Origin: Anaerolineae bacterium
GTDB taxonomy: Bacteria > Chloroflexota > Anaerolineae > DTLA01
Length of the DNA: 54,754 bases
Reading direction: 5' to 3'
NCBI GenBank assembly: GCA_029907165.1
Contig: JARYMK010000002.1
Coordinates: forward strand, 1 to 54,754
Shown: positions 25,120-34,645 of the stretch, in pieces
Numbering within the stretch: position 1 is the stretch's first letter
Layout of the letters: the number at the start of each line of letters is the position of its first letter
Position numbers and translations under genes: made by a program
The notes under the pieces: generated by a model
The model's input: the letters and a program-made list of their open reading frames with translations, nothing else
What the model was told of the DNA's origin: nothing
The model's database searches: none

Positions 25120-25163
25120 GCCGCGGGCTCTGAATTGGCGTGCGCCCCGTCTTGTACTGCCCG

Positions 25164-25856
25164 CTACCGCTTCTCTTCGGGCGTCCCCAGCACCTCCCAC
25201 CCGCGCGCTTGCGCGTGGGCGGCTAGCGCCTTGTCCGGGTACACGGCCACCGGGTGCCCCACCACCTCCAGCAGCGGGATGTCCGTGCGGCTGTCGGCGT
25301 AGGCGTAGGAATTGGCCCAGTCCAGGTCCAGCCCCTCGCGCGCTGCCAGGTTCCGGATACCCTCCACCTTGCCCCGGCCGGTGATGGCCAGCCCGACGGC
25401 CCGTCCCGTGTACACCCCATCGCGCACCTCGGCCTCGGTGCCCACCACATGGAGCACGCCCAGTTCGGCGGCGAGCATCTCCAGGAGTTCGCGGAACCCG
25501 CCCGACACCAGCATGACGACATGGCCCTCTCGCTGGTGGTAGCGCAAGCGCTCCACTACGTCGGGACGGAGGCCGGGCAGGATGCGCCATTCCAGCAGGA
25601 AGCGGAACAAGGCTTGCCCCTCGCCCACCGACAGGCCGCGCAGAACCCAGGTCAAATCCCGCGCCCACGACCCGTAGAACCGCTCGTGGCTGAGGACGCC
25701 CACGAGGTTCAATGGCCACAGCGCCATGTGGCCCAGCAAATAGACCCAGAGCAGGCCCGCGCGCTCCCGCCTCTCGCGGAAGTAGTCGGACATGTCCTTC
25801 CAGAGGTGGCCCGCGTACAGGGTGCCGTCAAAGTCAAAGAATGCCGCTGTGAGCAT
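25164..25856 (-). CDS. HAD-IB family hydrolase (SerB-like)
   Basis: FFDFDGTLY motif I, VSGG motif II, YADSRTD motif IV. Confidence 0.8.
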   Translation of the reverse strand: MLTAAFFDFDGTLYAGHLWKDMSDYFRERRERAGLLWVYLLGHMALWPLNLVGVLSHERFYGSWARDLTWVLRGLSVGEGQALFRFLLEWRILPGLRPDVVERLRYHQREGHVVMLVSGGFRELLEMLAAELGVLHVVGTEAEVRDGVYTGRAVGLAITGRGKVEGIRNLAAREGLDLDWANSYAYADSRTDIPLLEVVGHPVAVYPDKALAAHAQARGWEVLGTPEEKR

Positions 25857-25972
25857 GTTCGTGCCTCCGCCATCTCACCCGTCCGTGCGCTTCATTCGCA
25901 ATGACCAGGGGTTGAAGAGTGTGCGTGCGATTCACAAACAGAGGGCACAACCGAACCCAACCGCTGCCTGCC

Positions 25973-26001
25973 TTGCAAACCCATCTGGGGCGTATTATAA
26001 T
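25973..26001 (+). promoter_or_regulatory. sigma70-like promoter
   Basis: TTGCAA-17 nt-TATAAT. Confidence 0.5.
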
Positions 26002-26032
26002 CATGCCATACTCGGGAGGGAAACGCGGGCGC

Positions 26033-26554
26033 ATGGCAATCTACACGGTGCACCCCATCGGGCACGTGGAGAACGGCATCGCCGAACTGGACGGCGTGGT
26101 CTGGGAGGATGTGGAGTCCAGGGTGGTGCTGGCACCGGAGTATGCGGACGGGCTGGACGGGATAGAGGACTTCTCGCACATCATCGTCATCTGCTACCTG
26201 CACCGGCGGGAGCACGGTCACGCGTGCGAGCGCCGCCTGCGCGTGCACCCGCAGGGCCGCGAGGACCTGCCGCTGGTGGGCGTGTTCGCGACGCGAAGCC
26301 CAAAACGGCCCAATCCCATTGCCATCACCGTCGTGCCGCTCATCCGCCGCGAGGGGAACGTGCTCCACGTCAGGGGCCTGGACATGGCCGATGGGACGCC
26401 GGTGCTGGACATCAAGCCATACCTGCCTCGCGGCGACCGGGTGGAGAATGCACGGGTGGCGGAGTGGCTCCGCCGCCTGTGGGAAGCGAACGACAAGGGG
26501 GACAGCGCGGACTCTCGGCAGAAGGAGGCGACCAATGCGGATCCGGGATTTTGA
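26033..26554 (+). CDS. trmO: tRNA (t6A37) methyltransferase TrmO/TsaA (YaeB family)
   Basis: IGHVENG..., FATRSPKRPNPIAITVV, GLDMADGTPVLDIKPY. Confidence 0.85.
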   Translation: MAIYTVHPIGHVENGIAELDGVVWEDVESRVVLAPEYADGLDGIEDFSHIIVICYLHRREHGHACERRLRVHPQGREDLPLVGVFATRSPKRPNPIAITVVPLIRREGNVLHVRGLDMADGTPVLDIKPYLPRGDRVENARVAEWLRRLWEANDKGDSADSRQKEATNADPGF

Positions 26555-26951
26555 GGTCAAAGACTGCGACCGAATCGTGGAAATCCTCAAGGCGAACCAG
26601 CAGTACGGGCATCCAGAGATGGACGGCCCCGAAGCGATGAAGCGGGTGGCCGAATGCCAGGCTGCCGAGTTCCTCGTTGCTGAGGAAGACAACCAGGTTG
26701 TGGGCATGATTCGTGGCGTGTTTGACGGGTCCCGCGCCATCATCTACATCGCATCGGTGCACCCGGACTACCAGCGCAGGGGAATCGGCCGCGCCCTCGT
26801 TCGCGCCATCGCGGAGCGGTTCAAAGCGCGCGGCGCTCAGAACCTGTCCGTTGTGATCCCAGGCGATGTAGGGTTCTGGTCCAAACTGCACTTCCGCCAG
26901 ACAACGCGGATCATGACTGCCTACCCGATAGACGCCATCTTTGAGATGTAA
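26535..26951 (+). CDS. GNAT-family N-acetyltransferase
   Basis: VHPDYQRRGIGRALV motif. GAAGGAGG RBS before the ATG at 26535. Overlaps the trmO end by 20 nt. Confidence 0.8.
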   Translation: MRIRDFEVKDCDRIVEILKANQQYGHPEMDGPEAMKRVAECQAAEFLVAEEDNQVVGMIRGVFDGSRAIIYIASVHPDYQRRGIGRALVRAIAERFKARGAQNLSVVIPGDVGFWSKLHFRQTTRIMTAYPIDAIFEM

Positions 26952-27032
26952 CCCCACCAGTCGCCGGGGCGCGGCGGTCTGCGGCCGGGCCACGGCCCCT
27001 ACCCCGCGCGCCTTGCGGTCCAAACCGCCTGC

Positions 27033-27060
27033 TTTGGCGTTGGCCCGATTGCGCGTATAA
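27033..27060 (+). promoter_or_regulatory. sigma70-like promoter
   Basis: TTGGCG-16 nt-TATAAT. Confidence 0.5.
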
Positions 27061-27103
27061 TCGCGGTGGCGGCTCCCCAATGCTGCCCTAGAAACGAGAC
27101 GAC

Positions 27104-29980
27104 ATGCAGCGAACCTACGTTGCCCTGGACTTGGAGACCACCGGGCTGGACACGGAGCGGGACTCCGTCATTGAGATTGGCGCGGTGAAGTTCCGGAGCA
27201 GGGAAGTCCTCAGCACCTGGTCTTCACTGGTCAACCCGTCGCGCCCCATTCCCTACCGCATCACGCAACTGACCGGCATCCGAGAGGAGGACGTGCGGGG
27301 CGCGCCCGCGCTGGCATCCGTCCTGGCCGATTTGGTGCGATTCGTGGGAAACGCGACCATCGTGGGGCACAGCGTGCAGTTTGACCTCGCGTTTCTGGCC
27401 AAGCAGGGGGTGCTCACCAACGCAGAGGCCATAGACACGTTTGAACTGGCGAGCATTCTCGTGCCCCACGCCCCGCGCTACAGTTTGGATATCCTGGCCC
27501 AGACCCTGGGCGTGCCGGCGGCGGTGCACCATCGGGCGCTGGACGACGCTCAAACGGCGATGAACTTGTTCAACGTGCTGCTGGAGCGCGCCCTGGCGTT
27601 GGACGTTCGCCTGCTGGAGGAAATCGTCCGGTTGACGGAACGCAGCCAGTGGTCCCTGCGCCACCTGTTCCGGGACGTCCTCGCGTACAAGGGGCGGTCG
27701 GCGTTCGTTGCGGGCAGCCTGGGCCAGCAGGTGCAGTCCAAGGTCGGCGACGACGCCTACGCCCTGGGCCTCCTCATGCTCCGCGAGGACGAAGAGGCCC
27801 CCCTGCGCCCGACGACGCGGAAAGCGCCGGTTGACGTGGACCGGGTGGCGCAGATGCTGGAGGAGGGCGGGGACTTCGCCCGCCGCTTCCCGCACTTTGA
27901 GCACCGGCCGCAGCAGGTGGCCATGCTCCGCGCCGTCGCCCGCAGCCTGAACGAGGGACACCACCTGCTGGTGGAGGCGGGCACCGGGACCGGCAAGTCT
28001 CTGGCCTATCTCCTGCCGGCCATGCACTTCGCCCTTCAGAACGAGCGGCCCGTCGTCATCTCCACCAACACCATCAACTTACAGGAGCAGTTGTACACCA
28101 AGGACATCCCGGACATCCAGAAGGTGCTGGACTTGGACGTGCGGGTGGCGCTGCTGAAGGGGCGCAGCAACTACCTGTGCCTGCGCCGCCTGACGGCCAT
28201 GCGCGCCCGCGACAACCTGAGCGAGGATGAACTGCGCGTCCTGGCGAAGGTGCTCATCTGGCAGCAGACGACCGCCACCGGCGATGTAACCGAGTTGTTC
28301 CTGCCTACCCCGCAGGAGCGCGCCGTGTGGTCGCAGATTTCGTCCGAGCAGGAAAGTTGCCTGGCCGAGGACTGCCCTCACAGGCAGAAGGGGCGCTGCT
28401 TCTTCTACCGCGCCCGCCGCCGGGCCGAACGCGCCCACATCATCATCGTCAACCACGCGCTCCTCATGTCCGACGTGGCCGTGGAGAACCGCGTCCTGCC
28501 CGAATACAAGTACCTCATCGTGGACGAGGCCCACCATTTTGAGGATGCCACCACCCGCCAATTGAGTTTCCAGGCCGACCGTGCCGCCCTGGACCGCCAA
28601 CTGGCGGAGATCAGCCAGAGGGTGAGCGCAGGGCGGTACCGGGGCTTCCTCACCGACGTGGCCATGCGCTGCCGCAACGTCCTGCCCGGGCCGCTGTTCC
28701 GTGACCTGGAGCGGCTTCTGGATGACGTGCGGAAGGACGTTGACCTGTCCCAGCGGACGCTGGGAGATTTCTTCGCCATTGCCGAGGAGTTCCTGACCGA
28801 GCACGCCAACGAGGCCGACGATTCGGGCTACAGTCAGCGGCTTCGCATCACTCCCGGGGTGCGCGCACAGCCCGCGTGGAACCTAGTGGAGATGGCATGG
28901 CAGGATTGCGCCACCATCCTGACTCGGCTGGACAGGGGACTCCAGCAATTGGGCCAGTCGCTGGAAGGGATGGACGACTACGAGGTGCCCGAACTGGACG
29001 CCATGCTCCAGGATTTGGCCGCGCACATCCTGCGCCTGCGCTCCGCCCGCGACCATATTGGGCAGATCGTCTTCAAGCCGTCCGACAATCAGATTTGCTG
29101 GCTGGAGCGGAACACGGAGCGGGGCATTCTGTCGCTGAACGCCGCCCCGCTGCGGGTGGGCGACCTGGTGCGCCAGCACATCTTCAGCCAGAAAGAGGCG
29201 GTCATCCTCACGTCGGCTACTCTGTGCGTCGGCGGGAAGTTTGACTACATGCGCGATCGCCTGGGAGCGTGGGACGCCGAGGAACTGGCGGTGGGTTCGC
29301 CCTTTGACTACAAGGCGTCAACCCTCGTGTATGTCCCGCTGGACATGCCCGAACTGCACGAGCCGTACTACCAGCGCAACGTGGAGGAGGCGCTGGTGCA
29401 GTTGTGCACGGCCATGGGCGGGCGGACGCTGGTGTTGTTTACCTCGTACAGCCAGTTGAGGGCCACCGCCCGCGCCATCTCCAAGCGCCTGGCCGAGGAG
29501 GACATCCTGGTGCTAGAGCACGGCGACGGCGGGTCGCGCCAGCAGTTGCTGACCACCTTCCGCGAGACGCCCCGCGCGGTTCTCCTGGGGACCCGCTCGT
29601 TCTGGGAGGGGATTGACGTCATGGGCGAGGCTTTGAGTTGTCTGGTCATCGCCCGCTTGCCGTTCGCCGTGCCCACGGAGCCGATTTTCGCCGCACGCAG
29701 CGAGACCTTTGAGGACCCGTTCAACCAATATGCGGTGCCGGAAAGCGTGCTGCGCTTCCGCCAGGGGTTTGGCCGACTCATCCGCAGCCGCACGGACCGG
29801 GGCGTGTTCGTGGTGCTGGACAAGCGTATCATCAGCAAGGCGTATGGCCGCATGTTCCTGGACTCCCTGCCGAACTGCACCGTCCGCAAGGGCAGCCTGA
29901 CCGAGTTGGCCGAGACGGCCCGGCAGTGGGTGGACGGCCTGGCGAAGTCCCCCTCGCGCACCTCGGCGTCCGAGGACTAG
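27104..29980 (+). CDS. dinG: DinG-family helicase with N-terminal DnaQ-like 3'-5' exonuclease domain
   Basis: Exo motif YVALDLETTGLD...HRALDDA. Helicase motifs EAGTGTGKSLAYLLP, DEAHH, Fe-S Cys cluster region, C-terminal FWEGIDV / QGFGRLIR. Confidence 0.88.
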   Translation: MQRTYVALDLETTGLDTERDSVIEIGAVKFRSREVLSTWSSLVNPSRPIPYRITQLTGIREEDVRGAPALASVLADLVRFVGNATIVGHSVQFDLAFLAKQGVLTNAEAIDTFELASILVPHAPRYSLDILAQTLGVPAAVHHRALDDAQTAMNLFNVLLERALALDVRLLEEIVRLTERSQWSLRHLFRDVLAYKGRSAFVAGSLGQQVQSKVGDDAYALGLLMLREDEEAPLRPTTRKAPVDVDRVAQMLEEGGDFARRFPHFEHRPQQVAMLRAVARSLNEGHHLLVEAGTGTGKSLAYLLPAMHFALQNERPVVISTNTINLQEQLYTKDIPDIQKVLDLDVRVALLKGRSNYLCLRRLTAMRARDNLSEDELRVLAKVLIWQQTTATGDVTELFLPTPQERAVWSQISSEQESCLAEDCPHRQKGRCFFYRARRRAERAHIIIVNHALLMSDVAVENRVLPEYKYLIVDEAHHFEDATTRQLSFQADRAALDRQLAEISQRVSAGRYRGFLTDVAMRCRNVLPGPLFRDLERLLDDVRKDVDLSQRTLGDFFAIAEEFLTEHANEADDSGYSQRLRITPGVRAQPAWNLVEMAWQDCATILTRLDRGLQQLGQSLEGMDDYEVPELDAMLQDLAAHILRLRSARDHIGQIVFKPSDNQICWLERNTERGILSLNAAPLRVGDLVRQHIFSQKEAVILTSATLCVGGKFDYMRDRLGAWDAEELAVGSPFDYKASTLVYVPLDMPELHEPYYQRNVEEALVQLCTAMGGRTLVLFTSYSQLRATARAISKRLAEEDILVLEHGDGGSRQQLLTTFRETPRAVLLGTRSFWEGIDVMGEALSCLVIARLPFAVPTEPIFAARSETFEDPFNQYAVPESVLRFRQGFGRLIRSRTDRGVFVVLDKRIISKAYGRMFLDSLPNCTVRKGSLTELAETARQWVDGLAKSPSRTSASED

Positions 29981-29992
29981 CAGGGGGCTGGT

Positions 29993-30640
29993 GTGCTGAG
30001 CATGAACGGGCAGGCCAACAGGCGGCGCACGGGAATGGCGATGGTCGGCATCGTCCTGCTGCTGGTCGTCGTGGCGGTGCCTCTTGCGGCGCTGTGGAAC
30101 ATCCTGCGCTACGCGTGGGTTGAGACGAAGACCCCCGCCGACGCCATCCTTGTCCTGGGCGCTTCGGTGTGGCCTGGCGAGCGCCCCAGTCCCATCCTGC
30201 TCAGCCGCATCCAGGCGGGCGTGGCCCTGTACAAGCAAGGGTACGCGCCGCGCATCATCGTGAGCGGGGGTCTGGGCAAACTCCCGCCGTCCGAGGCCGA
30301 GGCCATGCGCCGCGTGGCCATCGGCATGGGCGTGCCAGACGCGGCGATTATCGTGGAAGATCAATCGCACTCCACGATGGCCAACATCCGCAACAGCGCG
30401 GAAATCATGGCAGCCCAAGGCTGGCGCTCGGTGCTCCTGGTGTCGGACCCGTACCACATGTTCCGCGCGTGCCGCACCGCGGCCGACGCGGGGCTGGACG
30501 TGCGTCCTGTCCCTGTCGCCGATAGCCCGGGCTGGACGAATCTCCGGCTGCGGGCGTACTACACGATCCGCGAAGCCTTCGCCGTCGTCGCATACGAAAT
30601 CCTTCGCGTGGGGAGATGGATTGTTGACCGCTTATTCTGA
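29993..30640 (+). CDS. YdcF/DUF218 (SanA/ElyC-like) membrane-anchored protein
   Basis: N-terminal TM helix, then AILVLGASVW...RIIVSGGLG...STMANIRNS...LLVSDPYHMFR. Confidence 0.75.
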   Translation: MLSMNGQANRRRTGMAMVGIVLLLVVVAVPLAALWNILRYAWVETKTPADAILVLGASVWPGERPSPILLSRIQAGVALYKQGYAPRIIVSGGLGKLPPSEAEAMRRVAIGMGVPDAAIIVEDQSHSTMANIRNSAEIMAAQGWRSVLLVSDPYHMFRACRTAADAGLDVRPVPVADSPGWTNLRLRAYYTIREAFAVVAYEILRVGRWIVDRLF

Positions 30641-31973
30641 TGCCTTGCGTTATCTGTACGGACTTCCAAGTTGGCAGTACTGGGTAACGGACCGCGAGGT
30701 GGTGCCCCCGGACCTGGGGCGGTTCCGCACCCTGCTGCGCCGCCTGGGGTCGCCGCATCGCGCCTTCCCATCGGTGCACATCGCCGGCACCAAGGGCAAA
30801 GGCTCCACCAGCGCCATGATCGCCCCCATCCTGACCCAGGCGGGCTATCGCACGGGGCTGTACACCTCGCCGCATCTGCACACATTCCGCGAGCGCATCC
30901 AGGTGGACGGCGAGATGATCTCCGAGGCCGAGGTCGCCGAACTGGTGGACTGGATTCGCCCGACCCTGGCCCACACCCCTGGGACGACGTTTGAGGCCAT
31001 CACGGCTATCGCCTTTGAGCACTTCCGGCGCCGCGGTGTGCAGGTCGCGGTGCTGGAAGTGGGGCTGGGCGGGCGGTTTGACGCCACTAACGTGGTGCAT
31101 CCAATGGTCGCCGTCATCACGTCCATCGGCATGGACCACATGAACGTGCTGGGCAACACCCTGGAGCAGATCGCAGGGGAGAAGGCGGGCATCATCAAGC
31201 GGGGCGTGCCCGTTGTCTTCGGGCCGCAGAAGGAAGCTGCGGCTGCCGTCCTGGCCGAGCGGGCGCGGAAGCGATGGGCGCGGCAGGTCTGGACAGGCCG
31301 CGATTGGCGATGGCAGCCGCTGAGCCACACGCACACGGGGCAACGGTTCACGGTGGTTGCGCCGCGTCAACAAGTGGGGTGGCCTAATCCGCTGGAAGAC
31401 CTGTTTATCCCGCTCATCGGGCGGCACCAACTGGGCAATGCCACCGCAGCCATCGCCGCCGTGGCCGAGTTGGAGCCGCGGGGCTTCCCCGTATCCGAGG
31501 ACGCGCTGCGGCGCGGGCTGGCCGAGGTGCGCTGGCCGGCCCGGCTGGAGGTGATGCAGTCGTCGCCGTGGCTCATCGTGGATTCGGCCCACACGGTGGA
31601 ATCGGTGGACGCGGCCCTGGAGGCGGTGCAGGAGACGCTAGGCCGCGCGCCCGATGTGGTGATCTTCGGCGCGTCCGCCGACAAGGACGTGGCGGGGATG
31701 CTGCGACGGATGCCCGCCACGACGGGGCTGGTCTTCGCCCGCGCTGCCCATGAGCGCGCCATGGGCGTGGCCGAGTTGCAGGGAATCGCGCAGTCGCTGG
31801 GGCGCGGCTCGGCGGCCATGCCATCCCCGCGCGAGGCGCTAGGATACGCACTCGCGAGTGCGGGCAACGACGGCATCGTGCTGGCGCTTGGCTCCATCTT
31901 CCTGGCCGCTGAGGTGCGAGAGGCTTGGCTGGAGATGGCGAGCCGCCCGCTCCCGCCGAAGGACCCAGTGTAG
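30621..31973 (+). CDS. folC: Folylpolyglutamate synthase / dihydrofolate synthase
   Basis: HIAGTKGKGST, YTSPHL, GGRFDATNV, DSAHT motifs; TTG start with GGGGAG RBS. Confidence 0.88.
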   Translation: MLTAYSDALRYLYGLPSWQYWVTDREVVPPDLGRFRTLLRRLGSPHRAFPSVHIAGTKGKGSTSAMIAPILTQAGYRTGLYTSPHLHTFRERIQVDGEMISEAEVAELVDWIRPTLAHTPGTTFEAITAIAFEHFRRRGVQVAVLEVGLGGRFDATNVVHPMVAVITSIGMDHMNVLGNTLEQIAGEKAGIIKRGVPVVFGPQKEAAAAVLAERARKRWARQVWTGRDWRWQPLSHTHTGQRFTVVAPRQQVGWPNPLEDLFIPLIGRHQLGNATAAIAAVAELEPRGFPVSEDALRRGLAEVRWPARLEVMQSSPWLIVDSAHTVESVDAALEAVQETLGRAPDVVIFGASADKDVAGMLRRMPATTGLVFARAAHERAMGVAELQGIAQSLGRGSAAMPSPREALGYALASAGNDGIVLALGSIFLAAEVREAWLEMASRPLPPKDPV

Positions 31974-31979
31974 CGCGGG

Positions 31980-33083
31980 TTACTCCACGCTGACCTCGCT
32001 CTCGGGCAGGCGCTGGCGGCGCAAGCGGTACAGGAAGTGGCGCAGGCGAGGCCACAGGGTCGTGCCTGCCGCGTACACCAGCGGCACGTAGGCGAAATCA
32101 TACGCGCCCATGTACCGCACGACCCGCCCGCCGAATCCCTCTTTGAAGCGGTACACGCCCCACAGCCCGTCGCTCCGCTGCGAGGCGAGGGCGGCCAGGT
32201 CCGGGTTCTGGCCGATCTCGTCGGGGATGCCCCAGAAGTCGTACACCTTGCACCCGCGCGCCCGCGCCCACTGGATGGCGCGCCACTGGAGCAGGTGGTT
32301 GGGCATCAGGTTGCGGTAGCGGTTGGATGACGCGCCGTACATGTACCAGGCGGTCGCTCCGAAAGCGAAGACCATCAGCCCCGCGATGACCTCGCCGTTG
32401 TACTCGGCCAGCAGGAGCCGCGCCATGTCCGAGGGCACGAAGATGCGGTACGCGTCGCGGTAGTATGCCTCGGCGTGGATGGGGAAGTCGTCGCGCAGGC
32501 TGGTGATCTGCGACAGGCGGTAGAACACTGACACGTCGGCCTCTGACCCCTCGCGCACCTGCACCCCCTTGCGTTCGGCCAGGCGGATGTTGTAGCGCGT
32601 CTTGGGCTTCATCCCCGCCAGGATTTCGTCGGGGTCGCGGTCAATGTCCAGGTGCAGGGTGCTGAGGGGCTGCACCTTGCCCGCGAAGTGGAACTTCAGG
32701 GCTACCAACCGCTGCGCCAAATCGGGGTTGTGGGGCAGGTCGGGCTCCACGCGCAGGAAGATGGCGCCCCGCCGTCGGCAAATGGCGTGAAGCCCGTCCA
32801 CGACGGCCCCGACCAGGGTCGGGTTGTCCCAGTCCACTACGGGGCCTTTGGGCACGTAGGCCACCGAGACGGGCCCCACGCGGCGGAACAGCACCTGCGC
32901 CCCGGCCACGAGATCGCTATCCTGACGCGCGACGACCCTGCACGCCGACCACGCGTGGTGCGACTTGAACTGCGCCCACTGGCAGGACTGGAGCAGGTGC
33001 CCGTGCCTGTGGCGCTCCACGAATCGGTTCCATTCCTCGTCCAGCCAGGGAGCCGGAGCCTGGATGTCAACGGTGATCGCCAT
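31980..33083 (-). CDS. FemAB-family peptidoglycan bridge aminoacyltransferase (FemX-like)
   Basis: HLLQSCQWAQFK, YMYGASSN, YDFWGIP family motifs; start taken at MAITVD (33083). Confidence 0.8.
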   Translation of the reverse strand: MAITVDIQAPAPWLDEEWNRFVERHRHGHLLQSCQWAQFKSHHAWSACRVVARQDSDLVAGAQVLFRRVGPVSVAYVPKGPVVDWDNPTLVGAVVDGLHAICRRRGAIFLRVEPDLPHNPDLAQRLVALKFHFAGKVQPLSTLHLDIDRDPDEILAGMKPKTRYNIRLAERKGVQVREGSEADVSVFYRLSQITSLRDDFPIHAEAYYRDAYRIFVPSDMARLLLAEYNGEVIAGLMVFAFGATAWYMYGASSNRYRNLMPNHLLQWRAIQWARARGCKVYDFWGIPDEIGQNPDLAALASQRSDGLWGVYRFKEGFGGRVVRYMGAYDFAYVPLVYAAGTTLWPRLRHFLYRLRRQRLPESEVSVE

Positions 33084-33211
33084 GTTCGCGGGTTCCCTCG
33101 GTGGGTTACTTCGGCTATTATACCACAACAGGCGTCGAAACGGAGAATGGCGGCTGGGGCAGCCCGCAGGTCTGTCCCCTGGCCCCGCGCAGGTGGGTGG
33201 GGCGGGCGTTT

Positions 33212-33253
33212 GGATCGCGAAACTCGCAAAAGGGCACGAAAGACGCGAAAAGG
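33212..33253. repeat. Family-2b half copy
   Basis: GGATCGCGAAACTCGCAAAAGGGCACGAAAGACGCGAAAAGG. Confidence 0.5.
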
Positions 33254-33293
33254 TGGGCCCGCCGCGCGGCGCGGGGCTAAACCCCCGCCGCGT

Positions 33294-33321
33294 GTAGGGG
33301 CGTAGCCTGCTATGCCCCTAC
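33294..33321. repeat. Family-3 hairpin (GTAGGGGC...GCCCCTAC)
   Basis: GTAGGGGC-gtagcctgctat-GCCCCTAC; same arm type as 51172-51217 and 2481-2520. Confidence 0.6.
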
Positions 33322-33361
33322 AGCCCGACGGGCTTCAGCATCGGGCGAAGTCGGCGCAATC

Positions 33362-33384
33362 CCCTCGCCCCGCGCGGGCGAGGG
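33362..33384. repeat. 9-bp perfect hairpin followed by a CTAGGGTGAGGGTGG tail (GC-rich palindromic unit)
   Basis: CCCTCGCCC-cgcgc-GGGCGAGGG. Confidence 0.55.
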
Positions 33385-33487
33385 CTAGGGTGAGGGTGGC
33401 GCTATGCACGCGACCCGCAGGTCGCCCGTACGGAGGCGCCACGCCGAGATTTTCCGCGGCTCGTGTGTGAACGCGGAAACAAAGGCT

Positions 33488-33516
33488 TTGACAAGGGGGC
33501 GTTTCTGGGGTAAAAT
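33488..33516 (+). promoter_or_regulatory. sigma70-like promoter of the por operon, roughly 190-nt leader
   Basis: TTGACA-17 nt-TAAAAT. Confidence 0.5.
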
Positions 33517-33712
33517 CCCCGCTGAACCTATGACGCAGGATGTTTGGTGAGTACAATGGTTGGGCACGTCGCGCTCTTCGTTTCCTATTGAGATGCCCTG
33601 AGCAGGGCCAGTCGCCGACAGGCGGGCTGCCCTCATTTTGTGCCTTTCGCATTGACCACCCAAACACAACATCATGGCTTGCCGTGCGCAGCGACAGGCA
33701 AGAGGAGGAAAT

Positions 33713-34288
33713 ATGAGCAAGTTGGTAGAAGTACGTTGGCATGGCCGTGGCGGCCAGGGCGCGGTTACGGCGGGAAAAGTCCTCGCCGAGGCCGCGCTGG
33801 ATGCGGGCCTGTACTTCCAGGCGTTCCCCGAGTACGGCCCCGAACGCATGGGCGCGCCGATTCAGGCCTTCACCCGCATCAGCGATCACCCCGTTGACCT
33901 GCACTGCCAGATTGAGGAGCCCGACGTGGTGGTGGTGCTGGACCCCACGCTCTTGGGCACGGTGAACGTAACCGAGGGCCTCAAGCCCGATGGCATCCTG
34001 CTGGTCAACACCAGCGCCTCGCCCGCGGAAATCCGCGAGCAACTCAACCTCCGCACGGGGCGCGTCTTCACGGTGGACGCCAGCCGCATCGCCATTGAGA
34101 CGCTGGGGCGTGAGATCACCAACACGCCCATGCTGGGCGCGCTGGTCAAGGCCACGGGCCTGTTTGACGTGGAGGCCATCGTGGAGCAGACCCGCCAGCG
34201 GTTCACCAAGAAGCACATGAAGGCCGACATCGTGGAAGCCAACATCGCCGCGATTCGTCGCGCCGCCGAAGAAGTCAAAGAGGGCTAG
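33713..34288 (+). CDS. porG: Pyruvate (2-oxoacid):ferredoxin oxidoreductase gamma subunit
   Basis: VEVRWHGRGGQGAVTAGKVLAEAA... ; AGGAGG RBS before the ATG at 33713. Confidence 0.85.
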   Translation: MSKLVEVRWHGRGGQGAVTAGKVLAEAALDAGLYFQAFPEYGPERMGAPIQAFTRISDHPVDLHCQIEEPDVVVVLDPTLLGTVNVTEGLKPDGILLVNTSASPAEIREQLNLRTGRVFTVDASRIAIETLGREITNTPMLGALVKATGLFDVEAIVEQTRQRFTKKHMKADIVEANIAAIRRAAEEVKEG

Positions 34289-34312
34289 CCCTCGTCGGAA
34301 AGGAGGAACACT

Positions 34313-34645
34313 GTGGCTAAAGGTTGGAAGGACCTCCCCATCGGAGGCATGATTCTGGAAGCGGGTAACTCCGCGCAATACAACACAGGCGCGTGGCGGG
34401 CCTTCCGCCCCGTGCGCGATGCCAGCCGTTGCACCAACTGCATGTTCTGCTGGGTCTTTTGCCCCGACTCCAGCATCCGCGTCAAGGATGAGAAGATGGT
34501 AGGGTTTGACCTGCTCCACTGCAAGGGCTGCGGCATCTGCGCCAACGTGTGCCCCGTCAAGTGCATTGAGATGCACGACGAGGCCGAGTTCGGCGGCTCC
34601 AGGGAAATGGTGGATGAGCCTGGCCGCGCGGGAGGTGCCAAATGA
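34313..34645 (+). CDS. porD: 2-oxoacid:ferredoxin oxidoreductase delta subunit (2x[4Fe-4S])
   Basis: CTNCMFCWVFCP and CKGCGICANVCP motifs; GTG start with AGGAGG. Confidence 0.85.
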   Translation: MAKGWKDLPIGGMILEAGNSAQYNTGAWRAFRPVRDASRCTNCMFCWVFCPDSSIRVKDEKMVGFDLLHCKGCGICANVCPVKCIEMHDEAEFGGSREMVDEPGRAGGAK

